Positions 1 through 17,300 of a DNA stretch of 64,000 bases are shown one piece after another; position 1 is the stretch's first letter; the number at the start of each line of letters is the position of its first letter. Below the pieces are notes generated by a model, which was not told the origin of the DNA, did no database searches, and saw only the letters and a program-made list of their open reading frames with translations. Source of the DNA: the human T2T-CHM13v2.0 reference genome, Homo sapiens; NCBI RefSeq assembly GCF_009914755.1, contig NC_060926.1, one strand, 5' to 3'. The position numbers and the translations under genes are program-made.

Positions 1-353
1 CCCATTGTCATAGGGATTAAATGAGATGGCTGAACCTGTTGACTACATAGCAAATTATCACAAACCTAAAATGTGGCTTGAAACAACATGTTTATGATCT
101 TATCATGGAATCTGGTGTTATTTGCAATTTGAAATTGGGAATCATATTACATTTACTTTGCAAACATGCAAAGTATGTCCACTCATAACCCCCACCCACA
201 ATGCCAGGCAAGGTCCTCTTTTTTCCTGAAGATCTTTGTGTGTGGCTGTGGAATCTGCCCCATTCTTATTGTGACTTTGGAACCTCAGCCCTGTAACATG
301 AACATCCTTATGTCTTCATTTTCTTTGAGCCTCATTTTTCTTCATTGGACTAA

Positions 354-629
<276 letters not shown>

Positions 630-751
630 TAGAGAAATTACAGCTTTTAATACTTTCAAACTATGAAATTGCACAAGCCTACTTAATGGAGATACGTCAT
701 CACAATATTTTTTGTGGAAGTGAATTCACATAACAGAAAATTAACCATCTT

Positions 752-1330
752 AGTATGGCCATTCCCCAAAAATTAAAAATCGAGTTTCCATAGGATCCAA
801 CAATTCCACTTCTTGGTATACACCCCAAAAAATTGAAGACAGGGACTGAAAAAGATATTTGCAACCCCGTATCCATAGCAGCGTTATTTGTAATAATCAA
901 AAGGTGGAAGTAACCCAAGCGTCCATTGACAGATGAATGGATAAAAAAATGCAGGATGTACGCAACATGGAATATTATTCACCCCTAAAAAGGAAAGAAA
1001 CGCTGACACATGCTAGACCATGGATGAACCTGGAGAACACTGTGCTAAGTGAAATAAACCAGTCACTCTGGACACATGCTATATGGTTCCACTTAACCTG
1101 AGGTTCTTAGTCAAATTAATAGAGACAGAAACTAGAATAGTAGTCACCAGGGGCTGGGGTCAGGGGGATGGGAATTAGTGTTGAATGGGCACAGAGTCTC
1201 TGCTTTGCATGATGAAAGGAGCCCTGGAGATGGACGGTGGTGACAGTTATACAACAATGTGAATATACTTAATACCTTAAAAATGGATAAAAGGGTAAAT
1301 TTTTATATGTATTTTATAATTGAAAAAAGT
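752..1330 (+). mobile_element. Old L1 (L1M-type) 3' end, inserted into an oppositely oriented L1 fragment
   Basis: Typical L1 3' sequence (gatccaacaattccacttct, gatgaatggataaa, tgctaagtgaaataa); antisense L1 3' pieces at about 705-751 and 1684-1990 flank it. Confidence 0.75.
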
Positions 1331-1359
1331 AATATTTTATTGAATTTAGGAGAAAATAA

Positions 1360-1682
<323 letters not shown>

Positions 1683-2080
1683 CGTACAATTCAGTGACAG
1701 TACATTTACAGTGTTGTGTAACCACCACCTCTCTCTAATTCCAAAACAACTTCACCCCCCAAAAAAATCCCATACCCATGAAGCAGTTACTTCCCAGTCT
1801 CCCTTGTCCCCGGCCTCTGACAACTACCAGTCTTCCTTCTGTCTCAATGGATTTGTCTATTCTGGACATTTCATGTAAATGGACTCACAGAAGGACATCT
1901 GGCCTTTTGTCACGAGCTCCTTTCACCGAGCATAATGCTTCTGAGGTCCATCCATGCTGTAGCACATATGGGTGCTTCATTCCTTTTTATGAAAATATAT
2001 ATTTTATACTTGATCAAGTATTATATATTTTACAAGAGGAGGAAATAATCTGTCAGCTATGTGAAACGCTTAGCAGGCTG

Positions 2081-2380
2081 TATTATTATTATTTTTTTTA
2101 GAAAGAGTGTTGCTCTGTTACCCAGGCTGGAGTTTAGTGGAGCAATCTCGGCTCACTGCAAGCTCCGCCTCCTGGGTTCAAGCGATTCTCCTGCCTCCCC
2201 TTCCTGAGTAGCTGGGATCACAGGCGCCCACCACCACGCCCGGCTAATTTTTGTATTTTTAGTAGAGATGGGGTTTCACCATGCTGACCAGTCTGGTCTT
2301 GAACTCTTGACCTCCAGTAATCTGCCCACCTCGGCCTCCCAAAGTGTTGGGATTACAGGTGTGAGCCTCCATGCCCAGCC
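2081..2380 (-). mobile_element. Alu (AluS-like) with TSD CTTAGCAGGCT
   Basis: Full dimer; TSD at 2069-2079 and 2382-2392. Confidence 0.95.
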
Positions 2381-4346
2381 CCTTAGCAGGCTTTATATAG
2401 GCATTAAGAAACTCTGCTCATAATACTTAACACCTGTTAAATTAGTAGAATCACTCACATTGTAGACATTAACTTATGAAATAATTCATCACAAGATTCA
2501 AGTGCCCTGAGTTCCGCTTGCTGCATTTAAATGATGATTCTGTTGAGTCAGCTGATTTCAATTTGAGCAAGTTCATGTTACCGGGGGAAAGGCAATATTG
2601 TTTCTTCTGAGAACATCATGACCACTAGGTTCTTTAAGGCAATGAAAGACACAGGCTATTAATGTCTCTGATAGAGCCTTGACTCCAGCAACGTAATCAC
2701 AGGATGGGGGACTGTTCTGTAACTGATGACTCTTGAGGCATGAAACCCAGAGAAGGGGAAGTGGGGCTGCTCTGAATGGAGACCGGAACCGCAGTTTCAC
2801 CAAGGCTGGTCTCAGGCACATCTTCTGGAGCCTGGATGAATGTAGGGCCAGCTCCTTGGGCATGGTGATGCCTGGTACAGAGCCCCTCCTCCCTCCTCCT
2901 GGGAGAGCTGGGGAAGGGAATGCCCTGTGGAGCTTCCCTTCGGGCCTGTGGGCTCTGGGCTGTCAGGAGGGAGGCTAAGTGAAAGCTGAGCCTTGTCAGG
3001 AAAGGCCTGGAAGCAGCGAGGACGCAGGTGGTGCACAGCTGGGGTTCTCAAGGGGCAGGCGAGGTGGGCAGGGCACGCAGAAGCTGCTCTGCAGGGTCTA
3101 GGGCTTCTCCAGCGCCCTGGCCTTTCGGTGCACAGGACGACCTGAGATGGAGCATCACCCAGCTCTTCAGCCACAGGGCTGCAGATTCCTCTCCCAAGGC
3201 CTTGGCCTACACTGTGGCAGTCACTAGACCAGCACTGGCTCACGAGTGGGCAACAGGAAGTATGCAGTAGGCCCTGGGCTTTTCCGAGCCCTCATTCAGC
3301 AGGAAATCTGTCCCGTGGCTGTTCTCACAGGGCCAAACCTTCGCGTGCATGATAGGTGAGGGGCTCCTCCGACATCCTGTCACTTTGCTTCTGCACCCAG
3401 AGAAATGATCTACCAAAAATGAGCACCTGAATTTCAAAAAGAGACTTCCTTAGCATGGCAATATGGGGAATCATAGGGGTTTGGGTTCTAAAATTGGGCT
3501 AGTGTCCACGGGGCAGAAGCATGCAGTTTCTGAATTCAGCATCTCTCTGGACTCAGTGTCCTCAGCTGACTTTTTACTGTAGTGTCATCTGGAAGCTTCC
3601 TCAACCCTGGGTGGAAGTTTCTCCTGCACCAACTTCCTTGAGGGCCCACTTAGTCTCTGAAAGAAGCACTCTTGCCCCTGAGCATAGCCGGGCATGAAAG
3701 GCCCTGACAAGGCCTGCGTGAAGACTGCTTATGGCCGCGTCACCCATTGGGGCCCACAATTCCTGAGGCATGGAACTCCTTTTGTGTAACAGCAAGCAAG
3801 GCCCTGACACAAGGAAGTGTCCTTTCATTCAGATCAGGGAGTGACTGGCTTGGCCCCTGCAGTTTCTGTGTCCCGAGAGGACTTGAAACCTGCAGGTATG
3901 CTGAGCTCTGGCGGGGACTCAGAGCAGACCCAGTGCTGCAGCAGTCAAGCCTCCACCACCTGCATTCGCAGGTCTAGTTCTGCAACACGGAACACACACA
4001 AGTCGAGCAGAGCCACTTCATTACTCACAGTCAGGCAGCGAGGTCCCCCAGGCTCAGGGAAGCTGCAGGGAGGGTGGAGTATCGGCTGCAAGTATCCTGT
4101 GTCATGCGGCAGCTGGGGGGTCCCAGAAAGCATTCCTCTCTGAGTCTTATACCCTGGGAAACTGGGATCACTGGGCCAAAGGATATCCAGTTCTAGAGCC
4201 CAGGTTCTAGACAGTCCAGACAGTTCTTCCTTACATCAGGAAGTGGCTTTCTTGACACATTCTACAGTTATTCTGAGAAAAGGGGAAGAGCCAACTCAGC
4301 CAAGTCCATCCAGGGACCTGTGGATGCAGGGGACAGTGGAGGACTA

Positions 4347-4443
4347 GGGTGGCCAGGATAGAGACCTCCCCAGTGTGGCCAGGATAGAGACCTCTTGGGT
4401 GAGGCCAGCATAGAGACCTCTCAGGGTGGCCAGGTAGAGACCC
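4347..4443 (+). repeat. Degenerate 26-bp tandem repeat, 4 copies
   Basis: GGCCAGGATAGAGACCTC core at 4351, 4377, 4403 and 4428. Confidence 0.8.
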
Positions 4444-5910
4444 ATGGGACATCCTTGGCTGGCTGAGCATCTCCTAGTCTCCTAGCCTGAAGACAACAGG
4501 ATGAAGAGGAGAATCAAGTTGTCTATTTTCAGTAAACCTGTAGTTTAGCAACTTTAGTAGCCTTTAGTAAAATACATAGCGTGGTTTCCAGCCCCACTGA
4601 AACCAATTATCCTTTATACCTGCTTGGAATTATTCTCTAGTTCATGTTTGTATATCCTGCCTGTGGAATTGTTTCTCTTTATTTATTCCTATTAACTTGT
4701 ATTTACTTTGCCAACCCTAAATAATGAGATTCAGAAAATATAAATAAGTATTAGTATATCAAGTTTATCAGAACAAAAGCTTGACAGTGGCCACCCAGAA
4801 ACACAGACTTCAAACAAATGGGGCCCAAAGTGGACTAGTGAAGTTTTCACCTATGTAGAAATTGTAGCAGGATCACAACCTTGCAAAGGAACAGTGACCT
4901 GGGGGGCCCTTATCTCCAATCCTGTTTGGTCTTAATTATTCACAGGGAAAAAAAAAGTAGAAGTTTCAGCTGTGAAACATGTCCTCTCAAGACTCAGAAT
5001 TTAAAGTTCCAACAGCTTTGTTTGAATTATTCAATGTGACAACCTCAACTAATATTTCACCTAGATTGTTTCCCATGCATCTTTATATGGAGGAAATTAA
5101 GCAGCAGAAAGAAGCTCCAAATGCAGCAGCGATCCTGTACTTCAGAGAAAACCCAGGCAGACTCTTAGAGGGGCCTTTGTGAAGTGGCTGTGGTGGGACC
5201 CCAGGAGGAAGCACTCTCAATCTGCCCATCAACCCCAAGACTCCCAGCCATGCCCTCAGGGCCTGAGCTTTCTCAGGAATCGTATTTTATCACAGCTCAT
5301 CTGAGGGGTCAGGCAGCTGTGCATTGCCTGCCTTTGCATTTGTATTGACAGTCACAGCTTTCCCGACGAGGGGTAAAGACTTCCTGTAGATATTGTTCAA
5401 GCCCAGACAAGGCCCAAGATGGCACAAGCATGTGGTAGGAAGGAAGTTTCTAAGGGGCTGAGATGGGAGACGGGAGAGGAAACGGCCCTGGCACGCACCC
5501 TCCGCCCCCTCACTCCCAAGGGCCGGCCCTGGGGCCATTCGTGTGTGCTCGGGCTACAGACACTGACGGTTTCCCATAAAAGTGTCACCAGTGACATATT
5601 TTGTTGGTTTGCTTTAATCCCTAGCTAGTGTCTGTATTGCATTTGTAAACTCTAAACTTTGGTATTGTCGCGAGTTGAAAGCTCAAGGGGTTCCTACCTA
5701 GTATTCTGTCCGTACATATCTAAGTAATGTGATAATCCTGATGACTGGTGCCCACACAGGGTCAGATGCCCACGTCTGAGTGATGCTACTCCCACCAGAG
5801 CAGTTGTTACTGTTGGAGAAATATAATTTTTAGAAAAACCCGAAATCTTTTCATTACCCAGAAAATCTCTCCATAAGGGTAGCAGAGGAAGAAGACAGAT
5901 TTATTCTTGA

Positions 5911-6676
<766 letters not shown>

Positions 6677-7601
6677 GAGTCCCCAAGCCCACTGCTTCCG
6701 GGAGACAGAGGATGTGTGCTGAGTGCTGTCTCCCCAGGGTATTGATCTCTGCTTCTGCAGATGCTCAACGGGACCAGAGGGTGACTCAGTTACTAGTGGC
6801 CGCTCAAGGCGTGGGCCGAGGTCTAACTGAAATCCTGGTGTTGACATTTCTCAGCCAGTCATGTTCTTCGGGCAGATTTGCCCACTCAAAGCCCTTGGTG
6901 CTGTGATGATTCAACTAATTACCGACCAAACAATACAAAAGCATCTTAACACTCCACAGCACCATTTCCCTCTTTTAAAGCCAGGTGAGCCGTAAATGAG
7001 ATAATGGCAGGAAAGATGCATCTGCTGGGTGAGGAAGAAAACTAGAAAATTGATTTATCATGTCTCAGTCTGGGAGCTAATAGACTTTGGGTGACTCAAG
7101 AGTCTGGTGACTCAAGGGATGAGGAAGTTGTACTTCTGGTCCCTTTAGGTTGTCACCTGAAGTGCCTTGCCTCCTAGCCCACTAGTGACCCCAGGCTCTT
7201 GCTAGCTAATGACTGTGAGTTTGATCACTGTGGCGTAATTAACTGATGTCTTCCTGTGCTGCTCGGTACCGGCAGTGACAGTGGCTGTCCACAGTAATGA
7301 CACCATCACAACCTTCCAGATTCAGCTCCTTGTCCTGCTGGACTCGGCTCCTCTCCTCCACTTTCACCCTCCCCACTCTCCCCTCTCTTGGTTCCGCTCC
7401 AAGATTTTGCTTGGTGTTCCAGAACTCTTGGTGTTAGAAATGGGTTTCACAATTAACCTTCCCAGGCCATGTCATGGGTGGTGGCCTTAGCTCTCCTTCC
7501 GCTTCTTGGGAATTTGGTGCTTCAGAGGTGGTGGGTGCCAGTGTCTTGCTGGTTGGAGTGCACTGGGTCCTCTGCCCACTGTTTCTCTCCTTCTGCTGCA
7601 G

Positions 7602-7685
7602 ATCTTTGAGCTGAATAAGCATATTTCAGCTGTGGAATGCCTGCTGACCTACCTGGAGAACACAGTTGTGCCTCCCTTGGCCAAG
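7602..7685 (+). CDS. MLPH: Melanophilin exon 9, 84-nt in-frame cassette, [28 protein letters not shown]
   Basis: Pyrimidine tract + tgcag|ATC; AAG|gtaac; phase 0/0; peptide is visible inside ORF 7506..7733. Confidence 0.93.
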
Positions 7686-8069
7686 GTAACACTGGGGGCT
7701 GGGCAAAGAGAAAGGGCCCCCACAGCTCCTTAGTTAAAGGAGGCTGAAGTGTGACATGGGCTTTTGGGAGAAGAGTTTCTTGAGATTTTGCTGTTTGTAA
7801 GGTTAAGTTCTGTGTGTAGTTCTCAGAGAGCCAGGCAGTTCCCACCACATAGCCTGAGTGAAGTCTTCTGTCCCATCCAGGCCTGCCACCACCTCTCATG
7901 CCCAGAGCTTGAATGAGAGAATGCTTGGAGGGCACATACGTGTAACAGCCTTCCCAGGGGACATAACTGGAGATGGGAGGAAACTTGCTTGGCCCTACAG
8001 CCTCTGAAGTCTAGGCACCAAAGCAGGGTGGAATCTCCTTCCGCACCATGTTTGTGAATGTATCATCAG

Positions 8070-8463
8070 CACAGCTTAGTCTGCTATATGCTGCTATAGC
8101 AAAATACCACAGACTGGGTAACTTATAATGAGCAGAAATGTATTTGGCTCATGGTTCTGGAGACTGGGAAGTCTAGGACCAAGGGGTGGCATCTGGTGAG
8201 GGCCTTCTTGCTGTGTCACCACATGGCACATGGTGACAGAGGGCAGGAGAGACAGAAAGCAAGATGGAACTGAACTTGCTTTTATAACAACCACCCTGGA
8301 ATGAATAACAAATTCATTCCTTCAATAATGATATTAATCCATTCATGAAGGCAGAGCCCTCACGACCTAATCACCTCTTGAAGGTCCCACCTCTCAACAC
8401 TATTGCACTGGGGATCGAGTTCCCAACACATGAACTTTAGGGGACACAGTCAAACCACAACAG
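8070..8463. mobile_element. MaLR LTR (MST/MLT1A-like)
   Basis: cttagtctg...aataccacagactgggtaacttata...gacctaatcacctc signature. Confidence 0.8.
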
Positions 8464-8649
8464 CACACCGAGACAACCTGATGGGGAGTAAATAAAACAA
8501 ACCATGGCCTGCTGCAGGAGTGTGTGTGCATGTGTGTGTGTGTGCTTTTGTGTCTGAGAGACAGGCAGACAGACAGCCGGGGTGCAGAGGGAGTAGGGAC
8601 CCAGTCCTCCATTCCAGCTGAGTCACAGCCACACATCTAGCACCTGGGC

Positions 8650-9071
8650 ACGGAGATAAGGAGATTCAGCAAATATGATTAAGTATTGAGTTTCTTTGAG
8701 CACAAAGTTTGAGGACAGCCTTCTGGGCCACACAGACTCCATAGGAATGGGGTCAGTGCTCCAAAGTGGAGAATTTAAAGTTTCACTTATATAGGCAGAA
8801 ACAGAGAAGTTTCTCAGTGTTACAGCATTTTCCATACAAGGCCTATAATTACATTGTAGCAATTCACTAGGTTACAGCTTACTAATTCCGAGGAAGATTG
8901 CTTTAACACTCCATGAGTAGGGGTAATGATCTTGAGAGGGGTCTCATCTCTGGCACCACTCGGTCTTTCCCAATCGTCTACAGAGAAAAGCAGAAACAGA
9001 AGTTGCATGCCACTTGACTCAGGCCACATAGCCACATTCCTCTAGAGGCTCCCAATCATTTAAAGTTCCAA
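8650..9071. mobile_element. ERV1-type solo LTR (MER4-group-like; family uncertain)
   Basis: Resembles MER4-group LTR sequence by eye; ends in ttccaaca. Confidence 0.45.
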
Positions 9072-9399
9072 CAGCTTTAAGTTTGAATGATTTCACTCCG
9101 CAGGACGCTCCTTGTAGCACCCTAGGTTTGCAGCTGCTCATTTTTCTTGGGGCCAGGGCTCCGGAGAAACAGATCTGGGTGAAGCTCGGGTTGGGGGCAT
9201 GAGACCAAGTGGGAAGCAGAGCACACAGGCCCCAAGTTAGACCCCAAGGGCTACCCCTGCACAGGCTCTGACCCCGGCCGGAGCGGAGAGAGACTGAGGC
9301 CCAGCCCACATGCCATGTGTCCAGCAGGGACCACAGCTGCCTTTATCTATAAGGGGATGAGTTACTGTGCTCTGTGCTTTATGGGTTACTAGAGCCAGG

Positions 9400-9500
9400 C
9401 TGACCATGTGCCATAATTTCATTTAATCCTGCAGTACCCCTGCAAGGTAGACATTTCTTTCCCTCACTTATAGATGAGGAAACTGAGGCCCAGGCTCTCA
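9400..9500. mobile_element. MIR fragment
   Basis: catttaatcct...agatgaggaaactgaggcccag core. Confidence 0.75.
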
Positions 9501-12500
9501 TGAGTGAGACTCGGCCCATCACTGACCGGAGAGCACCAGCTGAAAGCACAGGGAAGTTAGGGAGAGCATTGCTTCCCACGGGATGCCTCTGGAAGGGCCC
9601 CTGCCTGCACTGAGTCAGAGTGGCCCCAACACAAGCTCCAGCGCCCCATCGGACCCCATGTCCCATATCCAGCCATCCAGCCCCCAGGCCCCTGCGGAAC
9701 ACTGACCCAGGTCTCACTCGGGCCTCGGCTCTGCCTCTCAGGTGGACACTGGAGATCTGTCACTCACCTCCTTCACCCCCTTCCTGCCCAACTCCTTCCC
9801 CACCCTGCTGACCCCTCAGCAACACTCGGGACCCGCTGTCCTGTAGCCTGCCCGGCCCTGGCTCCAGCCCACCCAGAAACAGATTAACCTTGTGGAGGGA
9901 AAGGGCAGCCACCCTCGCTCTGGCTCTTGTTGGTACCTCCTGGCTTTGGCCTTTTGCTCATACAAATCTCAGCCCAGGGACTAGTAAATCAGAAGTAACA
10001 GACTCCACATGGGACCTGCACTGCCCATACACTCCCCGCGAGGGGACACTGCTCGCGGAATGGCCCTCTGGGCCATCAAGGAGCTGGACCTGAGAGGCAG
10101 CGGGGCCCTCCACCTTGAGGGGCTGGATCTGGGGCCACCAGCATCCTGTCAGGGGCTCTCAGGGCTTTTGCACCTGGAAATCCCTGGCAAACAAGGACGA
10201 GTTAGTCACCCTGGCTGTGTCCCGCCATGCTGGTTCAGGTCCCTGTCACACACGTATGTTGTCATGTGTTTTCCACACATACATGTGTATATGTGTGCAT
10301 GTGTTGTGTGTGTAGGTTTGTGTGTGTGTGTGTGAATTTATTTACTGGCTTACAAAGCGAAGACAATCCCTGCCTCTCCCAGGCATCTACCGGCTTCCAC
10401 CCCCATACCCCGTCGCTCTGCTGCGTCCTGCCTGATGGGCGCTGGGCTTCCATTTCTCACGGGGATCCTGCAGTTTCTCAGCCCCATGCACTCTGGGACG
10501 AAGTTCAGCTCATATCAGGCCCAATGGCGTTTACAGGCTGAACGTCATTCCCGATCTTTCCACCGAGGGCCTCTGTGATTTGGGGGCTTTGTCAGGAAAG
10601 TGGAGCCTCACGGAAAAGCATACTGGCTAAAACACGCGGCTTCTTCATCGACTCAATCTAATCATCCCCTTGGTGTTCGTCTGTGAGACCCCAGGCAGCC
10701 AGCCCTGTCGATCTGTCTCAATAGGCTTCGTCCAAATAGAAAATTAAATGATCATGTGCAATATCCTCGGCTTGATGGGTGAGGGAGGGATCGATGCAGC
10801 CCAGGGGCGCCGTGGGCTGTGAGCAACTTCCTGGTGGAGGCACCTGCTCTCCCTCCCTCCCAGCCCTCCAGTGTCAGTGGAGGTGATGGCTCCCAGAGGA
10901 AGGGACCAAGGACGGCACTAAAGTTCCCCAGGTGGCATCTCTGCGCGGCCCTCGCCTCACACTTCAAAGTCGACTTCATGGGGCCAGGGGAGAGCCCTCG
11001 GAATGTGGGATGGATGAGTGAACGAGCAGGTGCACGGGCAGACAAGTGAATGGGCGTCGTCTTCCTGGCCATCTTGCTAACTTGTGTGACTTCGTCACCT
11101 GGGAAGAGTCGGGAGACACAGGGAGCCACTCTGCTCCCAGCACCGGCTCCTGACGATGGGGAGGTGGCCGTGAACAAAGTCGACAAAAACGCGGGCCTTG
11201 TGGGGTTTGCATTCCATCTGGGAGAGGCAGGAAACACGCAACTGCTGGAACACCAAGCTTTCCCCCAGGAGGGCGGGGCCTGCGTCTGCTGAAGGGAACT
11301 CAGCATAGACAGGGTCACAGGGAAAAGGCCAATGATGTGTTACTGTGCACATGAACACGGGGGTCCCCCAAATGTGGGACTCGAAGCAGGGACAGACGAC
11401 TGAGGTTTACACCCAAGGCGACAGGACGGATGGGTCTTGGGGCTTCCTGAGGGGTTACAGGGGTGACAAGGTCACGGGAGGGTGAGGGGAGGAAAGCCTT
11501 CTGGTTATGCAGATAAAAATCTCTCGGGTAACCAGGAGCTGCCCTCGAAGAATCGGCAGCAGTCCATGCTGGCGGCGTCGCTGTCCGACGTGTCACTGTC
11601 AGGCATCAGTGTCCTTTTAAGGCCGCTGAGGGGGTCTCAGAGAAAGCCTGTCTGCCTGGTGTTCAGCTCACCCCTATAGCTTTCCTCCAGGGATGAAATC
11701 CACCCCCAACACACACACAAAAAGACAGGTTTTCAGAGTGATCCCGTCTGCAGCTTCTCTGAATAAACAGCTGGAAATAAGTCCCAGAAGTCTATTCTGG
11801 GGTGGTGTATTTTGGTTTCCTTCACAACCCAACAAGTGGAACACAGGTCAGGAGGTGGAGGAAGGTACAGAAAAATAAATCAAGGCAGAAGGTCCCTGGG
11901 GTGAGGGTGACATTTCAAACAGGACAGTCAGGGCGCCTCACTGAGCGTGGGATTTGCCCAAAGAGCTGGCAGAGGTGCCGGGGCTGCCGTGTGGCTGTCT
12001 AAGGTCAAGTGTTGCAGCCCCTCCTAAGGTCCCAAGGAGGGAGCCGCTGCAGGAGACAGCCCGGCCAAGATGGGCGAGGCAGGGGCGGGTGGGCGCGCAG
12101 AGGCTGGAGCCGGACGTAGTGGCAGAGTCAGACAGAACGGAGCCTCCCAGGCCATGGTCCAGGCTCTGCCTTTTACTATGGGGGGGCGGGGAGGCTTGAG
12201 CAGAAGACAGCTGGCTGAGGGCACAGGGGTTGCTCTGGCCATCCTCCTGAGAACAGGTTGTGGAGGTGGGGGTGAGGCAGCAGGGCCGGCTGGGAGAAGG
12301 CGGTGGTCGAACCGGAGAGCAGCGAAGGTGGTGCAAGGCAGACCGATCCCGGGGGCCTCGCGTAGGCAGAGCCAACAGGAATGGATATCTGGGATGAGAG
12401 AAAAAGAGGGGTCATGATGTCTGCAAGGTTCTTGGCCTAAGCGAGCTTTAAAGGGTGAAGCTGCCTTTAAAAATGTGAGTTTTACAGTGTGAGTGACACT

Positions 12501-13271
12501 TTCAATCTCATCGCCTACCTTAGCACCATGTTGGCTGTAAGAGGCAATTGGGATAATTTTGTGTTTTTATCACATAACTCTGCCACTTTCTCGGAGCTGG
12601 CACCTAAAACCCTTCATGAAAGGCCAGCGTCCACAACAGTTAAAGCCTGCCCTTAACCCTCCTGCCTCCTGCCCACAGACAAGGTGGCCAGTGGAACTAG
12701 ACCCTTTAAGGACTTTACAGAGATTATTGAACTGAGTTCTTATAACTTGCAGGTTGGATACTGCTATCACCACCATTTTAAAGCTGAGGGAACTGAGATG
12801 CAGAGGGGTTGAGTGACCTGCCGAAGGTCACATGGCCTGATAGGGAGCCACAGGTGAACTCGCAGTCCAGTGGCTGGTGTTATGTGATCAGGAGCAGTGT
12901 GCCCCAGAGGAGTGTCCCACAGCAGCTGCTAAATGAATCGTTGGCCAGAGCGTGGGAAGAGCCCAGCCCCTGAAGCTGGACCCGACCAAGGCTGTCTGTG
13001 TATTTCCCTGAGAGAGAGTGGGCAGAGATCCATGACTCCACACCCCTCTCTCCTCATCCCTAGAGTAAGGACGTCAGCCTGGAATAAACAAATGGCACCC
13101 TTAAACAAAAGGGATGAGAAGGGAGAAAAAAAATGTGGGTCTTAGATAGCCAGGGGTGGTGGTCAGCTTTCCCTGGGAACCCCCAGCCCTGCAGAACCTG
13201 CTCCTGGAGTCTGGGACTGGGCCCCAGAGGGGCATGTTGGACAAGCTGGCATGGAGAAGGGAGGCAGCTGA

Positions 13272-13613
<342 letters not shown>

Positions 13614-13839
13614 TAGGGGCAGGGATGGACAGTCCCAGCTGGCAGCCACCCTCCCCAGGGAGGCAGCACCCACAGGAGCACACCAAGGGCCCTTGATGGG
13701 GTCTGCAGCGGGTGGCCGGCTCCTGACCAACCAGCTCCCAGGGTTCAGAGAGGAGAGCAATATCGTGGTGAGTCCCCATCTGGGTGAAACCCCACACTCC
13801 CTCCTGCTGCTGGTCAGCCTCCGTCCTTCTCTTTCCTAG

Positions 13840-14043
<204 letters not shown>

Positions 14044-15550
14044 TGACCACACCCAGGCCTTGAACATCTGCCAGCTCTAACATCCGCCAGCTCACACTGA
14101 GCCCTCCCCATTGGCCCAGCATGCACGGCTCTGAAGGCCAGGCATGAACCTGGGGGTTTCTGGGGGACTCACCTAATTCGCCACCCCCTGAGCCCTCCAC
14201 CCCTTCCCTTTTTCCTGTTCAACTTGGTGAGGGACAGGCAGGGTTTCCACCAAGAAAAAGGTGCTGAACACACAATCCCTGACCCAGGATGGGGGCCTAG
14301 AAGCAGGCCTGGAATTTAGGACAGCCCCAGACCTCAGCACTGGACTCTGTCCGGAGGGCCATCTGTGAGTCTGAGTTGTGGCTGCAGAGCTTGAATCTGG
14401 GTGAGGAACCCATCAATAGTGCACAAAGGTCAAAGGGCAGAGCCAAAGCATTCAGGCCTCCCAGGGACAGCTGAGGTGACTTAGGCACTGCTCTGTCCTC
14501 CCTGGAGACCTACAGAGAGGAGAGGGGGTGCCTCTCGGACTGTGAGGACAGCCAGCCCCCACGGCCCTCCTCCACTTCCCTTCTCATCAGCAGGTGCCTG
14601 TCACTCCCTAAGGACAAAGGGCACGTCCCCTAGAGCTGTTCAAGGGGAGCGAGTCAGGCTCTGGACTTTCCCTTCATGTATTCCTTCTTGCTTTGCAAAT
14701 AAGCTTTAAATGCCTAGAATGTAGCCCACATTGTGTAGGCCACGGAAGATCTGGTGCAAATACCTTAGACGAAGCCCCAGCCTTCCTGGAGCTTGTTTTT
14801 AGTGGAAGGAGATAAACAGCAAACAAACAAGATCATTTGGGTTCATGAAAAGTGTGATTAAGACAATCAGTGAAGGTGAGCCCCTAGAGTGCTCGGGGCA
14901 GGGCGATTGAGATAAGGCAGTCAGGAGGGATACTAGGAAAGTAAGCCAGCCTGGCAAATCCAGGGGGCAGGAGGCCGGGTGGAGGGAGCAGCCCGTGCCA
15001 AGGCCCTGGGGTGGCAGTGGGCTTGGTGCCTGCAGGGATTAGCCGTGAAACCCCCACACCAGGTCAGAGTGATGAGGGGAGAGTGTGAGGAGGGTGGACG
15101 GCAAAGGCCCCTGGGGGCCACTGCAAGGATCTGAGTAGGGGGTGATGGGGCCTGCTTCTAATTTCCAGAAGCTGCCCCCAGCTGCTGTGGGAGGAGGGGC
15201 CTAAGACGGGAGGGGTGGAATGGGGGCCAGGCAAGGATGATGCCAGTGGGAGTGGCCGACTGCTAGGTGAAGAGTAGCCACTACTGTCCTTGCATGTCAC
15301 GGCCCCTCCTCCAGCCCCTCATGGGAGCCGGACTCCCTGAGACTCAAGAAAATGCACCCGTCCTGCGTTCCTCCTGCCTGGGGTGACCCATAAGGAACAC
15401 CCCCCCCTTCTCAACAACCACAGAAGATAAATGCCAAGGGGACCACCAACATGGGCATGGGGCTGTGATGCCAATCTTAAGGGAAAACACAAGTAAAATT
15501 GGCTCCAGGACTGAGCTGGGGGCAGCTGCTCTTTCTGTCCATGACTTTGA

Positions 15551-17300
<1,750 letters not shown>

